The notes under the pieces are model-generated. The model was given only the letters and a program-made list of their open reading frames with translations, was not told where the DNA came from and did not search any database. From Vitrella brassicaformis CCMP3155 (taxonomy: Eukaryota > Protista > Chromerida), in the NCBI GenBank assembly GCA_001179505.1, contig CDMY01000488.1, positions 297,652-361,651 on the forward strand: 64,000 nucleotides of DNA. The letters run 5' to 3'. Made by a program: the position numbers and the translations under genes. This document shows, piece after piece, positions 36,792 to 47,283 of this stretch; within the stretch, counting starts at the first letter, position 1, and the number at the start of each line of letters is the position of its first letter.

Positions 36792-38168
36792 ATGGAAGAC
36801 CTTCAAGGCATCATCGCACGGTGGGCCCCACGGGAAATGCACCACTTCTTCCTCACGCACACTCCCGCAACCTCATGCGCATTGAGCGGCTCTATTGTGC
36901 TTCGGGGGTGCCCATCGTCTCATGGGGGTCACGCGTTTCACGATGCATGACACTGTGGACGGTCTCTTCCTGTGGTTGCGTGCCATGTGCATTCTCTCAG
37001 TCGCCCCAAAAATGAGGCCTGCTTCTGCTTGTGTGCTTCGCAGGTGCTGCCGTCTTGGGTGTGGCGACCTTGTTGTGGTCCGGTCCACACCCCAAGACGC
37101 CACCGCAGTGGAGCGTCTCGTCGAGAAGACAATCAACAAGCACATCGCCACGTTCGACAAAGCGACCCAGCCCTTCCAGCCAAACGTGCTGCACGTCGAC
37201 GGTGTGTGTGATGCGGCCGATGTGCTGCGGGACATCTGCGAGGCCATGTGGGGGCGCAGTAAGGGCGGCGGGGGGATCAAGAATGAGGTGCAGTTTATGT
37301 TTGATCACGCTACCCTCGGCGGAGAGTTGCACATGGGGGCGTTGCTACATCTCATTCTGGAGAAATTCAGAAAGAAAAAGGGCATCTGGTAGGTGCAGGG
37401 AGGGCAAGGAGAGAGGGAGACGGGAAAGGGATCTCCCTCATCGCATCGATGTGTGTCTCGCCCCTGCAGGTACGTGGTTGTCACGAATGTGGACCAGTTG
37501 CCTCTCGGAATGCTGGCTGACCTCACTCAAGACCCTCGCTCGAAGATTGCAGTCATTGGTACAGATGCATAGCAGAAAGACCGATCGGGCGCTGCCTCTT
37601 TGCCACTGTACTCGCTGTCTCTTGTAGGCCTGGACACCAATGGATCACATTCACCCAGCTATAGCAGCAGCGCCTCTGATGGTATAGTCACTGAGCGACC
37701 CCTTGCAAAAAGCTGTCATGTGCCGGCCTGTGTCTCTCTGGCTATGCCTCAGATCCGAATGCCACGCCCAAGTATGAAATGCTCCACCTCGACGAGACCA
37801 AACAACTCACAAACCAGAAAACCCCCGGCCCTCCCGGGGCCCGACCGGAGAACAACACTGTCACACCCGCCGGCCTCGGAGCCAAGGTGATCGACCTCGA
37901 GATGTCCTTCCTGGGCAATGACATCAGCGAAGGTGCAGCGAAGAAGGCCAAGCAGAGAAACCTCACGGGCTCCATTCGTGAGCCTCGCAAGCGTGTGTCC
38001 AAGAAGGTCGGGCCGTACAAGGAGGAGGATGGCCTCTTTGTGATGCGGATGGCCAAGATACGCAAGTATGCGACGGCCTGTGGCCGGGCCTATGAGTTGC
38101 GGGAGCGTCAGGGGGACAATTTGGCGATTGACATTGACAAAGACGAGGCGGAAGACAAGGCATTGTGA
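36792..38168 (+). CDS. Hypothetical protein, possibly a degenerate ORC/Cdc6-like AAA+ domain
   Basis: In-phase exons LVVVRSTPQDATAVERLVEK...NVLHVDGVCDAADVLRDICEAMWG...KGIW/YVVVTNVDQL; last exon ends EAEDKAL*. 5' exons are uncertain. Confidence 0.5.
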
Positions 38169-38389
38169 GCACACAGCCCCGAGACATTCATGAGTATATC
38201 TCCATCTCTTTGTCGATTCAGGTTTGCGTTGGTTGATAGTCGAAAGAAGTACACGAGATCGCCCAAGAGATCTCGCAAACCAGTCGACGAGTGAGCCGTG
38301 AAGAGCTTTCGTCCATGTACCATGGCATTCATGCCTAAATGTATGTATGTCTGTGGGTGTGCAGCTCACCAGTGGGCTTCATATACCAT

Positions 38390-39640
38390 GGCCCCAAGAC
38401 GAAGAAAGGCGCAGGCTGCGCCGCCGCCATGAACCCAATCTCTCTGTGAGGACACACAAGGGGAGACATGCGACATGAGAGCAAAGAGACACCACCTTTG
38501 TGACGTTGTTGTGACGTGTCTCTACAGCGATCGCGCGGGCACCTGGTCGACAGAGGAGGGCACCAACCGCATGTCTGATGGCTCTGGATCGCTGCCGTAT
38601 TTCCCTCCGTACTATGAAGAGAAGGGGAAGCCGCTCGAGCCCGAAACCAAAAACAAGCAGCACAACAAAGAAAAGTAAGCCTTAGGGATGGAAAGGCAGC
38701 CTTTCACACGGTCATCTGAATTTCCTTCCCAGGATATCGCTGGCTGCCGAGCTGCGGAAGGTGCACAAGAGAGGGAAAGGGACGAAGGGCACCCTCCTTG
38801 TGCCAACTCCTGAGGCGCAGCACATCAAAAGCAAGCCAACAATGGAAGACGTCAAGTAGGGAACTGATGAATGCAGGGCCAAGAGGCAGGGAGAAGTGCC
38901 GTCTCTGTGCCTTCTTGGCCTGTGTGTGCAGCGTATATGCCCCTCTGGATCTGCCGTCGGTCGCAAACAAGTATCGTCATCGGTTGTCGTCGCCTCCGTT
39001 CCCTGAGCAAGAGCCCGATCCCTTCCAAAACGCACCATCGCACCGTCATGCCAACAACAGGACCCACCAGATGATCACCCGCGGTCGCAGGGCCAACGTC
39101 AGCAAGCGCTACCGCAGCCCCTCGCCATCTTCCGTGCGTCAGCCGCCCAAGAAAGCGGTCCGGAGGGACGCACCCGCACGCAAACGCCGCAGCGGCCCTC
39201 ACATTGTCGAGATGCCAATGTTCGGTGGCCTTCCTGAGCCGGATGGAGGCGCTCTTGCCCCTCTGTGGCAGGGCGAGAAGAAATGGAAGGAGTGGCATGC
39301 GAGACGTCTGGCCCGGGAAGCGATGAAGCCAAAGGTGGTCGTGCTGCCCCAAGATGTGGCGCTGATTGAGAGCCTCAGACAGGACGAGCCCCTGCTGCGT
39401 GACCGGACCGCAGATGTGGAAAGGATCCGCATTCGCTGCCGGTCGGTCAACACACACACACACGCACGCACGCACGCACGCACGCACATACACACGCATG
39501 GATGGTGTCCCCCCCTCTCACACACAGGGCCCAGGGTATCGATGACGAGGAAGAGGAGGACATTGCCAAGTATGAGGCGGGACTCCCCAGCATGAAGGAC
39601 TGGCTCGGGGAGAACTGCAGACACAGCTGGATGCGGCACT
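38390..39640 (+). CDS. Multi-exon hypothetical protein (basic, P-rich)
   Basis: Exon-like segments with canonical junctions (DRAGTWSTEEG...KQHNKE; ...WQGEKKWKEWHARRLAREAMK...; AQGIDDEEEEDIAKYEAG). Both ends are uncertain. Confidence 0.4.
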
Positions 39641-40199
39641 TGGTCGGTGAATATACCCCATGAGCTATCTGCTCACTGCACTGGGAAAGGGATGCTCTTC
39701 AACACATTTTTTCGTTTGACAGTTTTGTTTTTGACAATCGATCGGGGGATGATGTCGGCGAATGAGCAAAGACTCTCAAAGCACTTGCTTTCAATGCACT
39801 TGGTGCATGGCAGCCTGTGTGTGGCCCATTAAGCAATTGACATTCAGCCAGCCAGCCAGTCAGTCATGCATCTTATCAGAGCACTCAACATTGCATGAGG
39901 ACGGGTCAGTCAGATTCCCGCGCCAACCCCTCACCTCACAGGAGGCCTCCCTTAGACACCCGTAATATTTCTCCCGCCAATCGTCGCAATCAATGTTCTT
40001 TCCCGTTTGCGAAGAGCAGCCGAGCCCCGCTGCCTGACCGGCTCTTGCACTCGTGTTCCGAGGCAGAAAACCTTCCTGGAAAGACGAGGACAACACTTTG
40101 GTACCCATGGACATATCCATGTGTCTCCTCGTGGATGTACCTCATGGGCGGCGGCCTCCTCTTCGCCGCAGGAGCACTCGTTGAACATGCACGCCTTCC

Positions 40200-43100
40200 G
40201 CAGATCCAAGAGCACTGGCTGCAGTCTTGTGGCGCTTCCGCTGTGGTAGTGTTGTGCTGTCTCATTGAGTATCCCGATGCAGGCGTCTCCAGTCACAATG
40301 CCAAAGCCCTGGCCGACTAAGAACTCTGTCAGAGAAGCCGACAGACTTGAAACGGGCGGCTCTTCCTCGGTCGAATTCTGCAATGCCATGCCAAGAAAGA
40401 TACGAAGCTCAATCATCATTTTCTCGTGAGCTCACCTCAAGGGCGCTGCATGACGTCAGGCACCCCAGAACAAAGAAGGAGACAATGAAGGGGCACATGT
40501 CGTTCTGAGACTGGGGGGAAGTCATGCAGGTTAGGGGCCCAGTAGCGAGCTCGAAACACGAGAGAAACCCTATCAAAAACCATCTTGAGAAAGAGCGTCG
40601 TACGGCCATGCGACAGGGCAGCAAGAGAAGTCCATCAATGAAAGGGCATGTGGGGGGATCCGCTTGTCTCAGGTCGAGTCTCTGGTACGCATTCACAGGA
40701 CATCACCTGGTGATGCCCATTGTGTGTCCGACTGATTGTCTTCAGGGTTGGTCCTGAGGCTCTCCTGGCTGTATCATCCCTCTTCGCTGCGCTTCTGAAC
40801 CCTGAACTGGACGCCGCATATACCAAGACGGAGGCTTTCGAAGTGTCTTGCACCGGGGAGATGGCGATCGTGGAAAGCGGCCTCCGATTTAGGGCCCTGC
40901 ACCACATGGCCATGTCGTAAGAACGCAGGAGGATGGCTCAGCCATTTTTGGACCCGCCTTGCTGTCGTGTCTTGCAGAGCATTTCAGGCGAGCGGCGCGG
41001 ACTCCGTCCTTCTGGTCCTGTCACAGCTGATGATATGGCTCACTGAAGAGGTAGAAACATGGTGTCCATCTGTTCCGCATTGTCTCGGTCGTGTTATGCC
41101 TGCTTCTTGCAGCACGCAATGGGTCTTGTTCCAGACGATGCTGACGTGCCCATGCTGCAAAAGGTATGTATGCACGGCTGCGTACCTCAATTATGGACGC
41201 CAGGTCACCGGCTCTCTGATGCGGTCAGATCCTGGGTTTGGCACTTGCGACAGTCATACTCAAGCTGGTGGAGTTCCCCCAGACGAGAGACACAGGGGCT
41301 GCAGTGCCACACAAGCCCAAATCGAGCGGCGACTCGGCAGACCAGACACACAAAGGGTGGTCGAGCAACGCCGACGGGAGCGAGGGCGAAGCATTACCAA
41401 TGAGTGCCTCCGAGGTCTGTGATGAGATTGTAAAGACCGTGTCACGGTGCTGTGGTTTTCTTGAGGGCAACGCGCCAACCCCAGACATGACGTCGACGGA
41501 CAAGAAGTGGGGCCAGCGCACGAAACCCGACGACAGATGTCTCATCGATCAACACGGCATGCATTTTGCGTGTGTGCGTTGTAACTGTGCTCAGCTCTGA
41601 CACACAAGACGGAGCAAGCCATCGAAGCGGCCGTGTGGACGTTGAAGATACGACGTGGCGCACTATCGACCTCAGAGTCATGCTCGCAGCTGCTTCGGGC
41701 TTTCTTCATCACCTGAAGGTAAGAAACAGCTCTTCACATAGGGTGGCTGCCAGCAAAATATGCCCTTGCGTTGTCAATCAGAAGGAGGCAGCACGTGCCA
41801 AGGAGCACTTCGAGCATGCAGCGAGGACGGCAGAGGAGCATTCGGCGCCTTGGCCCACAGGGCCAGCGACACAGCCCAAGGATGGCACCCTTGCTGTCAT
41901 ATTGCTCAACCTGGCCACGCTGAGTAGCCAGTGCCCAAAAAGGTACCTGTGTGTGAGTTCGCGATCACTTCATCTGTATCTAACCTTATTTGATGTCATT
42001 CGTTGTAGGATGACGGCTGAAGAAGCCGTCACAACACTCAATTCGCTGCAGGGGGCCCTCAACTCGCTGAAGAACTGGTGACAAAATAGCCATGAGGGCA
42101 TAAAGTCAACAAGTGCTTGTCACGTTCTCTTGTTGTCTCTCTCAGTGGCGTGATTCCAGCTAGTGTCTCCAGACAAGCCCTACCGCTGCAATGTGACACG
42201 CCTGAGCTACCTCTGGTCCCGCCAGATAGCGGTAGGAACATCGGGCCGAGCAGGGCAAGGACAGCATTGCACAACTCCGAGGATGACGGCGCGTCCCTTG
42301 TGGGGTTCTTGGTGCGAGCTGCAAGGCTTTTATTCAGCCGGGCGGCGCTGCAAAATGATGCTCCAAGCAACAAAAGGCCGGCAGAGGGACGAAATGGCAC
42401 ACTCGATGACGTCTTGCGGGAGCTTCTGCTGGTGAGACACCCTCTAGCGCATTTCTCCCGACGGTAGTCGACTGCCCATTCTTTCTTCGTGTGTTAGGTA
42501 TGTTTCTACAACTGCGGCGCTGTACTATCCCAGCTGGCAGTGACTCCCCTTCGCAATTCCGACCCCGAATCATCAGCATCCCAGTCTCCCACCAGTCCCT
42601 ACTACACCCCTCCCCATTCGGCCCTTGATCGTCTGGAGAGTGTCCACGAGGGAATGGAGCGTCTTGAGGCGAGCGTTGCTGTTCTGGGGGAGGGTCTTGA
42701 GCTGGGCAATGCTCTATTCGGATCGGAGCACGCCCTGGTGGAGATGCTCACGCATGCCCTCGCACGACAGGTTAGCCTTCAGCAACGAGTCCTGTCTCTT
42801 GCACTTCTCAATGCGTCTGACTTCCTGCGTTTTCAAGAGAGCATTCCTGAAGGCTGCTCTGCTCCGCGAGAGGAGACGGAACCCTCAGCCGGCAGCAGAG
42901 CGGCGTAAGCACCGGACAGAGCGGCTTGAGGATAAGCCCAAGCCAGCCGTATCTCGGAGCAAGCCGACTCCTGCCCCATCGAAATCCTCGCCAAAACGCC
43001 CAGCTGTCCCTGCTGCATCACCCCGCACGCAGGCGTCCCCCCGTCCATCAATCTTGTCGTCCAAGCTACGGCTATCGAGGCCGTCGGTTCCAGTGCTGCA

Positions 43101-43924
43101 GGAGCGGCCGACGTGCAGTGCTCCCCAATACACACTCGTGACGGCATCTGTGTCGCCCATTGAGAAGAGCCAAGATGCCGCAAAGATCGTGCACTGCCTG
43201 GACGACCATGTGGGGGACAGCTGGCAGAGACCGACTCTCCCTCCCTCGCGGACGACCTTATCATCGCGAGCATCGCATGTCAAGACACGCCCAGCATCCA
43301 GGTCCAATGTTCGTGCGTCTCCATATGCAATCACATCGATATCGTCCTCCGTCCTCACACAGCAGGCAAGCAATGCGCGCAAGTGATGCATCACTCCACA
43401 TCATGTCGCGTGAAGTCTCTGTGCCGTCTGTGCAGGGTCGTGTCTCGCCGTCCAGCCATCCACCACAAACCGCAGCCGTGGTCACGCCAGCGCCCTCTGC
43501 ATATCCTCGTGGCGGCACCCCTGCCCCTGACAAGACTGTGGGCAGCAAAACGACGACCAAGCAAAGACCCCAAAGTTCTCCCTCGCACAGACAACGACGC
43601 GCCACACATCGCCATCAGCCATCAGCAACAGAAGAGGGCATTGGAGAGAGCTGCGATGCGGCAGAAGAGACACCGCATCCACATGATGAGCAACTGACGT
43701 CGCCTCTGGTGCTGTCCGCTCCCACCCCATCGCCTCAAGCCCATCGAGACAGCGCCATCCAGCGGAAAAGAGTGCCGGTTTTGTGGTCTTCTGCAGCGCT
43801 ACGACTGCCGAACAGCATGGAGAGGAGCATGCACAAGCGCCTGCCTGACTGCAGCCTGCAGAGGCCTCTGCTTAAGACATCAATCCTTCGCTCTCATTTG
43901 CATCGGTGGACCTGTCAAAGCTAA
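40200..43924 (+). CDS. Long multi-exon hypothetical protein (helical middle, S/P/R-rich tail); may be more than one gene
   Basis: Chain of short exons with GT-AG junctions (RVGPEALLAVSSLFAALL, HAMGLVPDDADVPMLQK, ILGLALATVILKLVEF, LELGNALFGSEHALVEML) followed by low-complexity ORFs 42625-43386 and 43160-43924. The model is not fully resolved. Confidence 0.4.
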
Positions 43925-44329
43925 TGGATGGTCGGATGGATGGATGGATGGATGGGTCGGTTGCTCAATTGGTGTACTCGCTACACGTAGTCCTTCATCA
44001 ATGTTCTTGAGGTGTGAGAATGATTCGAACTAATGTCTCTGGCAAGACCACACATGTGTGCCCGGGCGGGCGCGCATCCATCAACTAACTGGGTCCATAT
44101 GCATGTCGTTGCATAGAAAACACAACCGATCGATCGCGTGCTCTGGCTGCTTAAGGGAAACATCCAGAAGGGGAACAAAGGACCTGTCTCGATATAAAAT
44201 GTACGCAGCGATCTCTGCTGCCGTGAGGTGAGTCTTGCAGTCCTGAATCACACCTACAGAGACACTCCACGCGGCGGCGTCCTGATCGATCACATCACTG
44301 ACACCCTACCCGTGTCGTGGACAACATAT

Positions 44330-46515
44330 GCATCGTACCCCGGTTTGCTTCTTGTCTTCCAGTTTGGTGGCATCTGAGTGCTCGATGATCCCAGCCGCCA
44401 GCATCTTGTCGAGCTTGTCCTCTAGCCTGACGAGCTGCTGGATGAGCTGCTGGATGAGGGGGGGATTGGCGGGCTGGGATGGTGTCGGTCGCGGTCAGAC
44501 ACGCGCACGACACCCCCACCAGGCCCGCTCTGCTCTCACTGTTGCATCAAAAACGGAAGCGGCGCAGGGCCGCCTCCTCCCTCTGCTTCGTTAGCTCCTC
44601 CAGCCTGGCCAAGGCCTCTGCCCTCTGCTGCTGGTGGCGAGCCCCAGGCAGGTCGCCACTCGGAGCGGCTTGGCGGGTTTGGTGGGCTTGGCGGCCATGG
44701 CGGGCCTGGTGGGCTTGGTAGTGGTGGGCTTAGCGGGCTTGGCGGCCTTAGCGGGCTTGGTGGTGGGGGGCTTGGCGGCGGGTTTGGTGGTGGTGGGCTT
44801 CTGCTTCAGCGTGCCCTCCCTCGCCCACTTCCGCATCAGACGAGCCAGCTCCGCGTCCCTGGTGGCTCTGGCTCTGGCGGCACCTGCCGCCATCTTCTCC
44901 GACTGCACAAGCAAGCACACGGGAACAGACAAAGGGAATGACCTTCCTGTCCTCGACCGCTGTTTGGTCCATCATTTTGTTACCTCTGCCCACATCCTGG
45001 CCTTCTCCTAGGGTGTCAGCCAGTTCGCTACCTCCTGATGGACAGACAGACAGAACACCGCACGCCGAGATTGAGAGGTGTGCTGCCATTCAATGCGTGT
45101 GCCGTCGCTCACCTCCTCAGTGAGCGGCTCGTAGCCAAACATGACATCGTCCCACTCTATACACTGGCAAGCCATCTCATAGGCCGACGTCATGGGGCCG
45201 TGCGCTTGTTCGATGGCCGCGAAGTGCTGCGCATTGACGTGCTCGATCTCCTCAGCCGTGCACGGGCGGAAGGTACCCACTCGCATGCCCTTTGGGAAGC
45301 GGGTCGTCTCTCCGTGAGGACACGCAGGGCGACCGTGCCGTCTGCTTGGACGCGGGCGATCCCTGCCTTGGGCAGCAGGAAGAGTGGGTGCCGACGCATC
45401 TCGTCAGGATAAAAGTAGCCAAGCGTCCCTGGACGGAGGCACTCTGCCTGCCGGCCGCCCTTCCCCTTGGTCGGCTTGGTGAGAGAGAAGGGGATGTCCA
45501 GCCACCCTGGCCCGTCCACCACTAGGGCCTCCTTGAAGCGCACCGGGTAGCTGTCGAGTGTGGCTCCATCCCATGGTGCCGGCTGAGGTGTCTCCCCTGT
45601 CGCCATGTGTGCGTGGGGTGGTGGGTCGATCCGCAGGGGCGGCACGCCTGTCGGCCGGGCGGAAGGGATGCTCCTCTGCCCGCCCGACTCATCATCTACA
45701 CCATCACAACTCCTCACTCCATCATGGGGCGCCTTCGCCCCGCCCTCGCAGGCCTCGCGGAAGAGGCCTGCCATGCCATCCACCACACTAGTCGCCCTGT
45801 CGCCCATGCTGTCGGGCCAGATGTCGGCTGCAGTCACCAATGTCAAGGTATCCGTCTGTCGATCGCTCGAGGTGGTGGGGTAGTCGTCCAGCAGCGCGTC
45901 GATGTCGTCTGTGTGTGCGTGGGGCCGCAGACATTCTCGGTATTCTGGATGCGTTGCCGAGCCATAGACGACTTCTTCGCGTGCCCAAGCAGGTCCATGC
46001 CGAAGATGACCGGGTGGTGCAGGTCTCGCACGACTCGGAAAGGCCAGCGTGACGTCTTGCGGCCCACAGACACGTCCGTCCAGAAACACCAACCCGACCA
46101 CCTCGAGCGCTTTGTTGGTCTGTCCCTCCGGCCGTATCAGCTGCCGAAGCGGTTGGAACCTCTCGATGAGCTCGGCGCGCTTGGACGGATGACGCAGGAC
46201 GATGTCGCGTAGGAATGGCATGCTGACGCATGTGATGCCTGCGCCCGTGCCGTCCAGGACGGCCAGCCCAGCTCCCCACTTGTTGCTCGATGTGGCTGCC
46301 TCCATTGCCTCGACAGCAGAACGATGGGCGATGGATGCGGCCATCTCGCGCATGGCGTCCGTCAGCATGTCGATGTTGTCGGATAGCCGCGGATCGTCTC
46401 GCACTCCAAGATGCTCTAGTCGATGCCTCCGACCCGCTGTCGAGCCTGGCCGCCGTGGTGATGCGGGCGGCTCGATCGTCGTACAACTCGAGGAAGCGCC
46501 TCCTCGCTTATCCAT
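44330..46515 (-). mobile_element. Degenerate Ty3/gypsy-like pol fragment: retropepsin, spacer and RT N-terminus
   Basis: Protease LAVLDGTGAGITCVS...(frameshift)...FRVVRDLHHPVIFGMDLL; spacer PKGMRVGTF; RT-start-like TDTIPARQSP...LDKMLAAGIIEHS. Several frameshifts and stops. No RT core, integrase or LTR pair found in the window. Confidence 0.7.
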
Positions 46516-46749
46516 CGCCCCTCCCAGCTATAGGATAAATTCCTCCTCACACTAAGGGGGCGGTGTGTCAGTCGGCGATGGGATGAGGTCGAGGGATCCT
46601 GCTTCTCCTTGGTTGTCTCGTCGAAGACGGTCCCCCATCGCGCTTGGAAAAGAGGAGAGGGCCTAGGCGGTGCAAACTGGCAAGAGAAAACAGAAACCGA
46701 CAAAAAAGGCTCAATATATTCCGCGCGTCTTCACAACTCTCGACAGTCT

Positions 46750-47283
46750 AAAAAACCCTGGACCTCGGAAACCCTGCGAGCTCAGATTGCTGACTCTCCA
46801 ATTCTTCCCCCCCGATGAGACGGTGATGAAGGCACGGCAAGAAAGCTGAAGCCCATCAGCCGCGGAGTTTGTTGGTACCGTTGCTGAGTAGCGGCGCCTC
46901 AGCGGAGGGGACCGAAGCAGCGGGGAAACGGGGAAGGCCAGGACACCGCTGCAGCCACATATCTGCAGCTCAGCAACCACACAAAGGTGAGAACATACCT
47001 CCTTGATGCACTTGATTCGCCGCTCTCTTCTCATCTCATTATGTTCGTCTGATGGGTCTGCAGATGGGCGGGCAAGAGCATCGCAGCGACACGAGCAGCC
47101 CCGTGTACCACATGGCCCACACATCCTCGCCCAAGTCGTCGGCCTCCCGCCCCTCCACCCACTCCCCTCTCCCCCCCAGCCGCAGACCCGCATCCATCGC
47201 ATGGCTCAAGTGGGGCGGTCTCGTCGCCTCATGCGCCGTCATCTCCCTCTTTCTCACCTCTCAGCTGCTCTCCTTCCGCTCTT
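46750..47283 (+). repeat. Duplicated promoter, 5' intron and first exon of the glyco-enzyme array (paralog at 52820-53363; exon part also at 50361-50540)
   Basis: Near-identical from ggaaggccaggacaccgctgcagccac onward, more diverged further upstream. Confidence 0.95.

Noticed and set aside
44634-44830. Short direct repeats (ggcgggcttgg / gtggtgggctt) resembling an array
   Set aside because: Coding-type low-complexity K/P/T/A repeat with no constant repeat and unique spacers; not CRISPR.
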